In this document: positions 26,213 through 37,300 of the stretch, piece after piece
Position numbering within the stretch: the first letter of the stretch is position 1
Layout of the letters: each line of letters starts with the position of its first letter
The notes under the pieces: generated by a model
Told to the model about the DNA's origin: nothing
Databases searched by the model: none
What the model saw: only the letters and a program-made list of their open reading frames with translations
Assembly (NCBI GenBank): GCA_017545045.1
Contig: JAFYDA010000056.1
Span: 2,544-66,543, forward strand
Reading direction: 5' to 3'
Length of the DNA: 64,000 nucleotides
Source of the DNA: Prevotella sp.
GTDB lineage: Bacteria; Bacteroidota; Bacteroidia; Bacteroidales; Bacteroidaceae
Program-made: the position numbers and the translations under genes

Positions 26213-27904
26213 TTGAGAACAGGCCGTCTCTTTTCCTGGCTGATCACCGCTCTGCTGTTTTTAGCGTGTTCTGGCGATGACAGCGACTCTGACTCTATCT
26301 CCGTCACTTCGGGCGGGGTGGTGGAGTTGTCTTCTGTCGTCAATCAGTCCATGACAGTCACCTTCCAGGCACCGGGCGACTGGTCTGCTGCATGCTCTGC
26401 AGACTGGGTTGTCTTCTCGCCTAAGGCAGGGCATGCCGGCAGCAACAGCATCACGGTGACAACATCGAAAACCAACAGGACAAAGAATTCACGTTCGGGT
26501 CAGCTCGTCATTACATCTGGTTCCGTTCGAAAGCCTGTGACCTTGATACAAAGTTCGCTGTATGCCATTTTTGACCAAAAGGAATATATGGTTGAAGCTG
26601 ATGGCGGAGTTCTTTCGTTGGCTTTCAAAACGAATGTTGAAAGCGACAAACTGATGGTGAGGTACAGTCAGCAAGACTGGATTCACTGGGAGAATGAAGC
26701 ACGGCAGACACGTGCAGAATGGAGTGGAAAGACGCATAACCTTCAGGTGGATAGGAACACGACGGCCGACGGTCGCGTTGCCCTGTTTGTCTTGTCAATG
26801 CCCGGCCGTGATGGCGAATGGGTGGGATTGGACACTGCCTACGTCTACCAGTCGGCGGTAGTGACCGACTACGAGTCGTCTGACTATTCTTCCGACGGTG
26901 TCGTCAGTCTGTTGCAGAAGTCGACAGAAGGCCGCGGTATTCCTGTGATACTGATGGGCGACGGCTTTAGCGACCGCGATATTGCTGACAGCACCTATCT
27001 GACGGTCATGAAAAAGACCATGGAGAACCTGTTCAGTGAGGAGCCTGTGCGCTCGTTGCGTTCCTATTTCGATGTGTATGTTGTGACGGCCGTTTCACGT
27101 CATGGTAATGTCGGCAAGGATTGTACCACGGTGTTCAGTACCGTTCCGTCCGTCAGTGGCTCGGATATCGACTTCGATGACCAGGCGGTGTTGGAGTATG
27201 CCCAACGTGTGAAGGATATTGACGTGACGAACGCTTTGGTTGTCGTCATTCTCAACAGCCGTGTACACAATGGCATGACCATGATGCTGAGCGACAAGGA
27301 CACGGGGAAACCCATACAGTATGCTGTTGCACTGTGTGCGACGATTGACGGCTTGGAGAGTGATGTGTTCCGTCAGGTACTGACCCATGAGGCGGTGGGG
27401 CATGGCTTTGCCAAGCTGGCCGATGAGTATGGCTATGATGCTAAGGGTGCACCGAGTGCAGACATCGTCAGTATGTTGAAACAGCTTCATCAATACGGGT
27501 GGATGAGAAATGTCGACGTCACGGGCGATAAGGACGAGGTGCTCTGGCATGAGTTCATCGGCGACAGCCGTTTTGACAACGAACAGATAGACATCTATGA
27601 AGGTGCTTATACGTATGCTTTCAGTGTCTATCGTCCGACAGAGGAAAGCATGATGAATCATAACAAGAGTCCCTTCAACGCCCCCAGCCGTAAAGCTATC
27701 TATGACCGCGTGATGGCCTTGGGAAAGGGTAGGGCGGAGTCTACGCATGACGAGTTTGCCGATTTTGACATGCAACATAAACCCGCGCAATGGAATTACT
27801 CCACACGCGGGCCTGTCTGGTCACCGTCACGCCGACTGGCGTCTCCGACGGTCAAAAGGGTTAAGTGGGATGCTATTTCGAGAGGAAGCCGAGCAACTGA
27901 GTAA
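26213..27904 (+). CDS. Lipoprotein with BACON domain and M64 (IgA peptidase-like) metallopeptidase
   Basis: Lipobox LFLAC, BACON-like W..CSADWV, MGDGF, HEAVGHGFAKLADEY and YRPTEESMM. TTG start at 26213 preferred (26192 is the alternative). Confidence 0.8.
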   Translation: MRTGRLFSWLITALLFLACSGDDSDSDSISVTSGGVVELSSVVNQSMTVTFQAPGDWSAACSADWVVFSPKAGHAGSNSITVTTSKTNRTKNSRSGQLVITSGSVRKPVTLIQSSLYAIFDQKEYMVEADGGVLSLAFKTNVESDKLMVRYSQQDWIHWENEARQTRAEWSGKTHNLQVDRNTTADGRVALFVLSMPGRDGEWVGLDTAYVYQSAVVTDYESSDYSSDGVVSLLQKSTEGRGIPVILMGDGFSDRDIADSTYLTVMKKTMENLFSEEPVRSLRSYFDVYVVTAVSRHGNVGKDCTTVFSTVPSVSGSDIDFDDQAVLEYAQRVKDIDVTNALVVVILNSRVHNGMTMMLSDKDTGKPIQYAVALCATIDGLESDVFRQVLTHEAVGHGFAKLADEYGYDAKGAPSADIVSMLKQLHQYGWMRNVDVTGDKDEVLWHEFIGDSRFDNEQIDIYEGAYTYAFSVYRPTEESMMNHNKSPFNAPSRKAIYDRVMALGKGRAESTHDEFADFDMQHKPAQWNYSTRGPVWSPSRRLASPTVKRVKWDAISRGSRATE

Positions 27905-28565
27905 GGCTGTCCTCCTTCTTCCACTTTGTCTTGTTCTCTTTCAGGAAAGTCTTCAGGGCGTCAGCCTTTGCGTCGCCCACGAATTTCTCAACACCTTTCT
28001 TGGTGGCTTCTATCTGTTGGCCACCAATGATGAAGTAATATTGCTCCACAAGAGGTATCGTGCGGCCTTCCTTCTTCTCTTGAAGCATCAGTCCCAATTC
28101 GGGCTGATCCATGCCGCCGAGGTCAATGCCTAATGACGACAGGTCGCGAGAGGCTGAAGAATTGAGGCTGGAACCATAGGCACCGCCGCCGCTGGAACGC
28201 ATGGCATCGAAGTCGCCCTTTGTCAGTTTCAACAAAAGGTTGGTGCCTTCGTTGGCAATGATGCGCATCAGCTTATGGTCGGAGAAGAGATAGGCATCGC
28301 TGCCAATTTCTACACGCACCACCTTCTTGTCATCGCTCTGGTAGATTCTGCCGTCTTTCTTGACGTAGTGCAGCACATTGCCCCACAAGTGAATATTCAA
28401 GTCGGCCTGCGACTTCTCGTTGCCTTCGAAGTAGATGGTGCCGGGGGTGAAGTCCTCATAGATGTACGGCCACTTCGTGTTGGGCTCAAACTTCTGGGCT
28501 TGAGCCGTCAGAGAGGCTGCAATTGTCAGCATCAGAATTGAAAACACTTTTTTCATCATCTTCAT
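27873..28565 (-). CDS. Secreted hypothetical protein
   Basis: Signal peptide ending AQA; starts 3 bp after the C10 peptidase stop. Confidence 0.7.
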   Translation of the reverse strand: MKMMKKVFSILMLTIAASLTAQAQKFEPNTKWPYIYEDFTPGTIYFEGNEKSQADLNIHLWGNVLHYVKKDGRIYQSDDKKVVRVEIGSDAYLFSDHKLMRIIANEGTNLLLKLTKGDFDAMRSSGGGAYGSSLNSSASRDLSSLGIDLGGMDQPELGLMLQEKKEGRTIPLVEQYYFIIGGQQIEATKKGVEKFVGDAKADALKTFLKENKTKWKKEDSLTQLLGFLSK

Positions 28566-28568
28566 TCT

Positions 28569-30167
28569 TTATTTCCTTACCCTTTTATAACTTCTTCTGC
28601 TGCCGTCGCTCATGCGCTGGCGGACAATGCTCAGACCCTTGCCGGCTGCATCCATGCGCATGCCGCTGAGGCTGTAGATTTCCTCGCCGATAACAGTCGG
28701 AGTGGTTTCCACCAGATTGATGCCGTCGGTAGTGGTTACGTGAATGGTGAAGTGGCGCGTCACGGAAGCCTTGTTCTGCGTGTTTGTCGCGGTGATCTCA
28801 ATGTTCCGGTCGCCGTCTTCCAGTGACAACTCTTTGGTGGTCACTAACTGTCCGTCTACGACTTGGAAGGGAGCGGGCATGTTCGTGTGGAAAATCACAT
28901 TATATTCGCCCACTACCTTGAACTCGTATGTCGGGTTCTCGGCTTCGCTCTCCACTGTGATGTCGCCCACGACGGAACCTGCCGGCTTCATGGCCATGAT
29001 GCTGTTGTTCGACAGATAGATGTTGCTGGGTTTCTCGGATGGCGGGCGGATGCCTACCACGACGCTTTGTCCGTCTGTGTAGTTCATGTCCATCTTCGCA
29101 TCCTTCAGACCGTTCAGTTGGAAATAAGCATTGCCAACGCCGCCCCAGCCCCAGTTCACGTGGAAGGCAGAACTGCCATCGAAGCCATCGAGGTTGAAGC
29201 AGTGTCCATAATGCTTCTTGGGATCGCTGCCGCTATAGGCCACGGCCCGGCCTTCCTGCAATTCTGTGACAATCAGGTCGTGCCAGTCTTCATCGCTCCA
29301 GCCATTGCGGCTGTACCACTTGACAGACTGGGGATACTTAAAGTTGCGCACCAAGGCACCGGCGATATAAGCATCCTGAGTTCCTGAACCGTCGACACCA
29401 TAATTCATCTTGACGCTGACACCACAGTGGTAGAGCAGACGGGCTACGTCGTCGTTGCCATTGGCACCGCTTAGAATAGCACTCCAGTTATAATCGGGCT
29501 CAGCATCATAGTCTATGTACATAGAACCGTAAATCTCATGCGTATAGCCGTAGTTGCCAACCGGACGGTCGGGCCATTTGGCCACGCTCATGGCCTGCGC
29601 CATACCTACGGCCACACAGCCAACGACGGCCTGTCCGTCATTAGTCTTTGGGCAGTACTTCTGAAAACTGCCTGTCTGATTCCATTTGACCGTAATCAGC
29701 GGCTCCACCTTGTTGGCACTGGCATAGCGACGAGCCATTGCCGGACGTGATGCCTCAATTCCCTGCTCGCCTACCTGTAGCCTTTCCCATCCGTGGTGGC
29801 GTGAGCCCGTCAAGCGGGCGTTACGCACTACCTGGTCACTGTACCAGTTCATCTGGCTCTGCATGTTCTCGGGCATGTCCTTCTCTTCGGGGAACACACC
29901 GTCGGGGCTGTAGCCGATGAGTGGACTCGACTGGTCTTCGGCAGAAATAAGCATCCAGCCCTGGGGTGCGAACTGCACTACATGGTATGCCTTTTGCCCT
30001 TCGTAATAAACGGTCTTTACAGACTGCACTTCGCCCTCGAAGCCATCCACGCGGTCGGCCATGATAAGTTTTGCCGTAGCGGCGGCCATTTCCTTACTGA
30101 CCTCAGCGGCCTGAAGGGTCAGAGGCGCCATCAGGACGGCGAGCAGTAATGTCTTTCTAATGTTCAT
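28569..30167 (-). CDS. C10 family (streptopain/interpain-like) cysteine peptidase
   Basis: Propeptide with LIGYS, WNQ, VGCVAVGMAQ (catalytic Cys), GHCF (His) and HVNWGWGG. C-terminal IYSLSGMR suggests a T9SS-like tail. Confidence 0.9.
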   Translation of the reverse strand: MNIRKTLLLAVLMAPLTLQAAEVSKEMAAATAKLIMADRVDGFEGEVQSVKTVYYEGQKAYHVVQFAPQGWMLISAEDQSSPLIGYSPDGVFPEEKDMPENMQSQMNWYSDQVVRNARLTGSRHHGWERLQVGEQGIEASRPAMARRYASANKVEPLITVKWNQTGSFQKYCPKTNDGQAVVGCVAVGMAQAMSVAKWPDRPVGNYGYTHEIYGSMYIDYDAEPDYNWSAILSGANGNDDVARLLYHCGVSVKMNYGVDGSGTQDAYIAGALVRNFKYPQSVKWYSRNGWSDEDWHDLIVTELQEGRAVAYSGSDPKKHYGHCFNLDGFDGSSAFHVNWGWGGVGNAYFQLNGLKDAKMDMNYTDGQSVVVGIRPPSEKPSNIYLSNNSIMAMKPAGSVVGDITVESEAENPTYEFKVVGEYNVIFHTNMPAPFQVVDGQLVTTKELSLEDGDRNIEITATNTQNKASVTRHFTIHVTTTDGINLVETTPTVIGEEIYSLSGMRMDAAGKGLSIVRQRMSDGSRRSYKRVRK

Positions 30168-30193
30168 TCTTTTTTATAGTTGTTAATAACGCG

Positions 30194-30241
30194 AAAAAGT
30201 CCCCTTTCTCCCTGCGCAGGGCAGAGAAGAAAGAGGACTTT
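30194..30241 (-). terminator. Intrinsic terminator-like hairpin after the SusCD-lipoprotein operon
   Basis: AAAGTCCCCTTTCT ... AGAAAGAGGACTTT inverted repeat ending in a T-run on the minus strand. Confidence 0.6.
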
Positions 30242-30253
30242 ATCAGGTTTCAA

Positions 30254-31894
30254 TTACTTTCTAACGTGCTTCTTCAGACTACGTGCAGCCTTGCTCAGCT
30301 TCTTCGCCTTCTTAGCAGCCTTGGCGCGGACAGCAGCCTTGCGGGCAGCAGCATCGGTTTTCGGCGACAATGCAGCAATGGTTGCCTTTTCGAACCAACC
30401 AATTGCATTTTCGTAGGTCTCGTCATAAGCCACGATACCCAAGTCGGTAGAAGTGATGGTGCCGTCAGAATTGATGGTGAACTCAATCAGATCTTCATAG
30501 GTCTGGCTGTAGAGCACGAGGCCGTATGTAGTACCCTTCGAGTTAGTATAGTTGCCCAGAATCTGATAAGCGTCAATGAACAACTTACCCGAAGCCAAGT
30601 CATACGAGCCTTCCAGCTCTGCACCTTCAACCAAATCACTGAAGAGGCCCTTGATAATCAGACCGCCCTTCTTCTCAGGATTCTCGCTGATGGTGACGGG
30701 GCCACCGTTGTAGAGCTCGGGCTCGTCATCGTAAGCCGAGTAGTAATCGAAGTCGAACGTTCCCAGAACCATATCAACAGTGGGAGCGAAGAACTGCCAC
30801 TTAGCTTTGCTGGTGTAAGCAGCATTGGGATTACCCAGTACGTCGGCTACTGCACCCTCAACAAGTGAAACGGTGATGAAGTCACCACCAACAGGTGTTG
30901 CGGGCAGCACATAGCTAATCACACTGTCTTTTACAGTCCAGTCGTCTGCACTCAGTTTATAGGTGGCAGTGCGGCTGGCATTTGTGAAGGTCACGCTCAA
31001 GTCACCAGCTTCCACAGCAGCATCATTGCGATAGATGTCGAACGGGAAGGTGATGGTGCCCTGGAAGTCGGCAACGTTGGCGATCAGCGCACCGTTGGCA
31101 GGAGCGGTCACGTAAGAGTCAGCAATCTCAAAGGCCTCATTTGTGGCATGCACCCAAGCGCCTGTGAAGCTACCGGTTTCCATGTTCAGACCGCTGTTCA
31201 GAGCAGCACTGGGATTACCCTTGACGTCCTTGAAGGCGCCAGCCTCGTAAGAGAAGCAGACGTAGGCACCAGCGGGAGCTGTGGGAGCAGCAAACACGGC
31301 TGCCTTTCCTGATACCTCGACGACAATAGCCTCAGCAGCAATGTCCACGGGGTTCATGATGTCCCACTCCTTGAAATATTTAGCCGTCACGGCACCCTCA
31401 CCACGGGTAATTGCTTCGCTGAAGGTCAGCTGCACAGCCCTGTTGTCGGCATCGCGAGCGATGGTCTGAGGTTTGGGATTCAGCGCGTCGGTTGTCTTGA
31501 TGCTCTTCACCACGATATTGCCAACGATACCCTTGTCGCTACCAGCCACGGCGTAAACCTGATAGGTAGTGTTGGGGGCAGCATTGTCGATGTTAATGGT
31601 TGTGGTAGGCTGGTCAGCCACCTTCACCACAGCATTGCCATAACCGCCCTTGTAGAGGGTAGCCGAGTCGAGCTGCTCAGCTTCATCGTTAGCGTCGATG
31701 ATATAAGCATAGTAGGCTGCACCTGCAGCAGGGGTAATGGTCACGGTAAATGCCGAGTCGGTCGGTGTGCCTGCTTTAATCTGCACATCAATACCGGGGC
31801 CGGCACCATAGTTCTCTGTGGTGGGGTCATCGAAGTTGGTGCAACTTGTCAGACCTGCGAGAACCATTGCCAAACTATATATTAGTTTCTTCAT
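30254..31894 (-). CDS. Surface lipoprotein associated with SusCD (Ig-like domains, basic tail)
   Basis: Lipobox LTSC, beta-rich body and K/A-rich C-terminus. Confidence 0.75.
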   Translation of the reverse strand: MKKLIYSLAMVLAGLTSCTNFDDPTTENYGAGPGIDVQIKAGTPTDSAFTVTITPAAGAAYYAYIIDANDEAEQLDSATLYKGGYGNAVVKVADQPTTTINIDNAAPNTTYQVYAVAGSDKGIVGNIVVKSIKTTDALNPKPQTIARDADNRAVQLTFSEAITRGEGAVTAKYFKEWDIMNPVDIAAEAIVVEVSGKAAVFAAPTAPAGAYVCFSYEAGAFKDVKGNPSAALNSGLNMETGSFTGAWVHATNEAFEIADSYVTAPANGALIANVADFQGTITFPFDIYRNDAAVEAGDLSVTFTNASRTATYKLSADDWTVKDSVISYVLPATPVGGDFITVSLVEGAVADVLGNPNAAYTSKAKWQFFAPTVDMVLGTFDFDYYSAYDDEPELYNGGPVTISENPEKKGGLIIKGLFSDLVEGAELEGSYDLASGKLFIDAYQILGNYTNSKGTTYGLVLYSQTYEDLIEFTINSDGTITSTDLGIVAYDETYENAIGWFEKATIAALSPKTDAAARKAAVRAKAAKKAKKLSKAARSLKKHVRK

Positions 31895-31919
31895 AATTCT
31901 TTAGTTTGTTAAAGGTTAA

Positions 31920-32798
31920 TTACTTCTTGAATATACCACCCATTTCAATAGCGTACCAACCAGCGCTCGTGGTCGTACCAGCATTGTAAGCGTGAGCGCC
32001 GAACCAGTCTTCAATCGTGATGGTTCCATCGGGGCTGATCTTACCAATGATGTAGTCGCCGTTCTCAATGTCGGTCTCACCATTGTCGCGGAAGCCTTCC
32101 AGAATGACATCGTATGATGACGAGTTGGCAGTGGTCTGGCCGACAGGGATGCGAATCTCTGTCTTGTCTTCGTTGACGATACCGTAGACAGGAGAAGAAT
32201 CGCTGCAACCGCCAGAGCAGATGTTGTAGATCCAAACCTTGCTCAGGTCAGAAGCATCCTTCTCGAATGTAGCTGTCCACTCTTCCTCTGCACCGTCTGA
32301 GAAGTAGTCGTAACCGATAGCCTTCATGGTTCCAAGGATGAATGCGAGCGGGTGTTCGTCGTCTTCGATGGTCACTACACAAGTCTTGTTGGCACCGAGG
32401 TTGACGCCCTGTGCGTTCTTCAGTGCGATGGTCATCTTGACATCGCCTCCGAACACGTCGTTGTTGATGATCTTGAACTTGATGTACTGCGTAGCTGCGC
32501 CGGGAGCGAAATTCAAGGTGTTGCCCTCATTAACCAGCGTGTAGTGCTTTCCAGCCACAGCGCCAGCCGCTGAGTCGGGAGTGATTTCAAATTCGACGGA
32601 ACCGTTCATGCCTCCCAGTGAAGTCAGCATGACGGGAATCGACAGTGTGTCGCCAGTCTCGGAGATTGAAGCCGAGGTCTGCTGAATGGCCACGAAGGCA
32701 TTCGCATTGTCGAACGTCGGATACTCGTTGATGTCGCACGATGCTAACGAGAGCACTGCAGCGGCCATCAGTCCGTATGTTAATTTTAGTATCTTCAT
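31920..32798 (-). CDS. Surface lipoprotein with Calx-beta-like domain
   Basis: Lipobox LASC and AVAGKHY...TLNFAPG...IINND Calx-beta pattern. Confidence 0.7.
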   Translation of the reverse strand: MKILKLTYGLMAAAVLSLASCDINEYPTFDNANAFVAIQQTSASISETGDTLSIPVMLTSLGGMNGSVEFEITPDSAAGAVAGKHYTLVNEGNTLNFAPGAATQYIKFKIINNDVFGGDVKMTIALKNAQGVNLGANKTCVVTIEDDEHPLAFILGTMKAIGYDYFSDGAEEEWTATFEKDASDLSKVWIYNICSGGCSDSSPVYGIVNEDKTEIRIPVGQTTANSSSYDVILEGFRDNGETDIENGDYIIGKISPDGTITIEDWFGAHAYNAGTTTSAGWYAIEMGGIFKK

Positions 32799-32806
32799 AA
32801 TCGTTA

Positions 32807-32839
32807 TAACTCTTAATTTTTAACTCTTAATTCTTAACT
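32807..32839. repeat. Intergenic heptamer repeat
   Basis: TAACTCT TAATTTT TAACTCT TAATTCT TAACT. Confidence 0.7.
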
Positions 32840-32841
32840 GA

Positions 32842-34269
32842 TTAGTATCCCGTGTTCTGAGTCATGTTGGGGTTGGCGTCCATCTCGCGCTTGGGGATAG
32901 GCATAGCCCAACGGTAGTCGGGGGCAGCGGGAATGTCCTTGTTCACGGTGCCGTCGAAGTCGGTGCGCTTCAGGGCTGTCTGTGTGCGGGCCAGGTCGTA
33001 GACGATGTGACCTTCGAACATCAGTTCCTTGCGGCGTTCGTCGAGCACGTTGAATGTACCGGGAACGGTAGCACCACGCTTCGAAGCAATGGCCTCGAGG
33101 TCGCCACGTGCGCTGGCGCCACTGATAGAAGCACCCTTAGAGATAGCCTCGGCACGGTTCAGATACATCTCAGAGAGACGCAGGATAGGAATGTTGGTCT
33201 CGCGGGGAACGGAACCAGCCTTACCAGCATACTTGAGGATCAAGTTGTCGTTCTCGTTCTTCTGGAACAGATTCAGACGGACGTCGGTTGCTTCATACAT
33301 GTCAACCAGGTCCTTGGTAGCACAAACGTCGCCAGAACCGTCGTTACCGCCGCCCCAGCTTGTGATGTAGGCGAGGTGAGTCCAACCAGACTCGTCCCAG
33401 TAGTCGTTCTTCTTCGAACCGTAGATTTCGAAGATAATCTCACCGCCCTTGGGAGCGGTAGCTGCTGTGAACATGCCCAGATAAGCATCGCCAGAGGCCA
33501 GCGAGAACTTGCCGCTGTTGATGACCTTCGTAGCATAGTCGGCAGCACCCTGCCAGTTTTCCATATAGAGGTAAACGCGTGAAAGCAGTGCCTGGATAGC
33601 GGGCTTTGTGCAAGCTGCAGCAGCGTCGTCGACGCCGGCACGTGCATAGTCATCGCTCATCAGCTTCTCAGCCTCCAGCAGGTCTTCAACCACCTGCTTG
33701 TAAACCTCACCTACCGTGTTACGTGCAGGCAGTCCGTTTTCGGTCACCAGCATGACGGGTACGCCGGGATTCTCAGTACCGCACTTGTAAGACTGTGCGT
33801 AGGTGATAACGAGGTCGAAGTGGCAGAGTGCACGCATGAACAGTGCCTCGGCCTTCAGGTTGTTCACATCCTGTTCAGAAGCTTCACCTTTGTCGCAGGC
33901 TTCCAGATTGTTGATGATGTTGTTAGCCCACGAAATGGTATAGTAGGCATGCGTCCACAGAGAAGAGGTAGAGCTCTCATTGTAGTTCCACTGAGTATCG
34001 TTGCGATAGCGTCCTGAACCGGGGATTGACAGTGGGTTCTTAGCGTTGCCGCCACGCAGTTCCGACTGCAGGACGAACTGACCGTCGTACCAAGTAGCAC
34101 TCTGCAGTCTCGAATAGAGAGCAGCTCCAGCCTGGTTCAGACCGTCGAATGTTGCGTATGTGAGTTCGTTGCTCTGCTTCATCTTCGGCTCTTCCTCTAA
34201 GAAGCCTTTGCAGGCGGTGAACCCACTGGCTGTGGCAATCAATGCCAGTCCTATAATTATCTTTTTCAT
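32842..34269 (-). CDS. RagB/SusD family nutrient-binding lipoprotein
   Basis: Lipobox FTAC, EALFMRALCHFDLV, LLSRVYLY, RLSEMYLNRAEA, ERRKELMFEGH and PIP..E...NP motifs. Confidence 0.93.
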   Translation of the reverse strand: MKKIIIGLALIATASGFTACKGFLEEEPKMKQSNELTYATFDGLNQAGAALYSRLQSATWYDGQFVLQSELRGGNAKNPLSIPGSGRYRNDTQWNYNESSTSSLWTHAYYTISWANNIINNLEACDKGEASEQDVNNLKAEALFMRALCHFDLVITYAQSYKCGTENPGVPVMLVTENGLPARNTVGEVYKQVVEDLLEAEKLMSDDYARAGVDDAAAACTKPAIQALLSRVYLYMENWQGAADYATKVINSGKFSLASGDAYLGMFTAATAPKGGEIIFEIYGSKKNDYWDESGWTHLAYITSWGGGNDGSGDVCATKDLVDMYEATDVRLNLFQKNENDNLILKYAGKAGSVPRETNIPILRLSEMYLNRAEAISKGASISGASARGDLEAIASKRGATVPGTFNVLDERRKELMFEGHIVYDLARTQTALKRTDFDGTVNKDIPAAPDYRWAMPIPKREMDANPNMTQNTGY

Positions 34270-34311
34270 ATCTTACTTCTATTTATCAATTTATCAATTC
34301 TTCAATTCTTC

Positions 34312-37300
34312 TTAGAACGTCAGGTCAAGACCTACGATGAATGACTTAGAGACGGGATAAATACCGTAACCCATACCGTCGACACCACGCTCGGGATCCC
34401 AGAAGTTGACATCGTGGAAGGTATAGACGTTCAGACCGCTGGCATAAACGCGGGTGGCCTTCAGGCCGACCTTCGACAGAATGGTCTGCGGCAGCTGGTA
34501 CGACAGTGTGATGTCCTTGATGCGGAAGTAGTTGCCCTTCTCAATCCAACGGTTCGAAGAGTAGCTGTAAGAGTCGGTGGCATTACCGGCGATGGGCTTG
34601 GGGTTCACGCCAGTGTCGCCTTCCTTCTTCCAGTAGTCGAGAGCATGCTTCTGCTGGTTCATCGACATCTGGTTACCGTCAGAGGTCAGGTAGCGGTTCT
34701 CAATGATCATCACCTTGTTGCCGCCCTTGAATTCGCCGACAACGCTCAGCTGCAGACCCTTCCAGCTTACGGTGGTGTTCACACCGCCAGTGTAGGTGGG
34801 CTCGGGGCTACCGCTCTTTACGTAGGCAGCGTCGTTGAAGTTGTTGGTCAGTTCACCGTCCTTAGTGCGCCAGAGGGCCTCACCGTTGACGGGGTTCACG
34901 CCTGCATAGTCCTTCAGCCAGAAGGTGAACATCGACTCGCCCACGATGTGCTTCAGACGTGAATCCTCAGAGTAAGACATCATCTCAGGTGTGCCGTCCT
35001 CGGGCTGTTCACCAGTCAGCTCCAGAATCTTCGTCTTGTTGTGGGCAATGTTGAAGCCAACGTTCCACTGCCAGTCACCCTTGTTCAGGATTTCAGCGTC
35101 GAACTGGAACTCAATACCCGTGTTGCGCATCGAACCGATGTTGACCGTAGCGGTGTTGAAACCAGAAGTTGACGACTGGGCCTTGTCGAGCAGCATGTCG
35201 GTGGTCTTACGAGTGTAGACATCGATGCTACCCGAGAAACGCTTCAGGAAGCGGAAGTCGATACCCCAGTTCCAGGCGAAGTTCTTCTCCCATGACAGGT
35301 CGGGGTTGGCAGGCGTTGAGGGACGCAGACCGGTCACGCCGTTATAAATAGAAGAGGTATAGGTACCATACTGCATGTAGTCATCAATATTATCGTTACC
35401 GTTGACACCGTAGCTGACACGTACCTTACCCATGTCGAGCCACTTGGCATCCTTCATGAATGCCTCGTTGTGCAAGTTCCAGCTGGCACCGACAGACCAG
35501 AACGTACCCCAGCGCTTGTTCTCACCGAAGCGAGAAGAACCGTCGGTACGGATAGAAGCCTGCAGATAGTAACGTGAATCGAAGTTGTAGTCCAAGATAC
35601 CGAACCATGACATCAAGGTGCGGTCTCTGATGTAGTCCTCAATGGGGTGGCTAGAAGAGTCACCCGATACGAGGTAAGGAATCTGTGGGTTCAGGCCTTC
35701 AGCCATACCGTACAGATACTGATAGTGGTTCTTGTTGGCTTCCTGACCGAGCAGTACGCGGAGGTTGTGCTTCTCGAAGTAAGTGTCCTCCCACGTAGCG
35801 GTGTTAGAAGTTGTCAGGTTGCGGCGCTGGCTCTCAATCATCTGCAGCTCAGGATATCCGGCAGCATAGTTGTGAGCTTCCAGTGACCAGTAGCGGCGGC
35901 TCTCGATGAACTTGAGCTCGGCAGCGTTGGTGGTCTTCAGGGTCAGCTGCTTGATGGGCTTCCACTCCAGATAGAAGCTGCCGTTGATGAAGTAGGTTTT
36001 CTGCCACTGGTCGTCGTAAGCTGCTGTGGCACGGGGGTTCGAATTAGAGTTCTCGGGAATGGCCGAGTTGTGTTTTCCCTGTTTGTCGTAGGCAGGTGTC
36101 CAAGGCAGGATAGTCATGCCGGCGAAAGCGGGGTTAGAGTAGTAGAGTGACTGCATGGGCACGTCGTTGGCCTCGGTGTAACCCAGGTTGATGCGGGTAC
36201 CGGTCTTCAGGTGTGAGTTGATCTCGTGGTCAACGTTCACACGGGCCTGCAGACGCTCGAAGTCTGAGCCGTAGTAGATACCGTCGGTCTTGTGGTAAGA
36301 CAGCGAGTTGTAGTACTTCGTCTTGGCAGAACCGCCCTGCATGGTGATCTCATACTCCTGAGTCTTGCCATGACGGGTGAAGTGGTCCATCCAGTTAGTC
36401 TGCTGGCGGCTGAGCAGCTCGTAGGGACGATAGTAGGAAGCACCGGCAGTGGGGTTGTCGGGATCCTTGCCGGCATTGCGGATGGCGTCGCGCTGATACT
36501 GCAGCAGCTCCTGTCCGGTCATGATACCGAAATCGTTATCGTTAGCCAGTGACGAAACACCATACTTGGCACGCACGGTAAACATCGACTTACCCTCCTT
36601 ACCGCTCTTAGTGGTAATCAGGATGACACCGTTAGCAGCACGCGAACCGTAGACAGATGCAGCGGCAGCGTCCTTCAGCACGGTGATAGACTCGATGTCA
36701 TCAGGGTTGATGGTAGCGATAGGGTTCGAGGTGTTCACCATCTCGTAGTCATCCTCACCCATGATGGCAATACCGTCGACCACGTACAGCGGGTTGTTGC
36801 CAGCGTTGATGGAGCTGTTACCGCGGATACGGATATCGGAAAAAGAACCAGGCTGACCAGACTGCTGGGTAATCATCACACCAGCAAGCTTACCACCGAG
36901 CATCTTGTCGAGCGAAGTGGCGGGGATGTCAGCAATCTCTGCACCGGAGACGGTCGTGATAGAACCCGTCTTGGCCTCGCGGCGCTGTGTACCGTAACCT
37001 ACGACAATCACGTCGTCCAGCATCTTCGAATCCTGTTTCAGGAATACGCGCATGCCGTTCTTGGCCGTTACCGTCTTCGACTCATAGCCCAGATACGAAA
37101 CCGTAATCTGGTTCTTGCCGGCAGGCAAGGTCAGCGAGAAACGACCGTTAGCGTCGGTTAACATTCCGGCCTTGTCACCATCAACGCGGACGGCGGCGCC
37201 GATAATCGGCTGACCGTCTTCCTGTGAGAGCACAGTACCGTTAACCTTTGTCTGTGCAAGTGCTTCGCCCATGAAGAGGAAAAGGCTTGCCAAAAACAAT

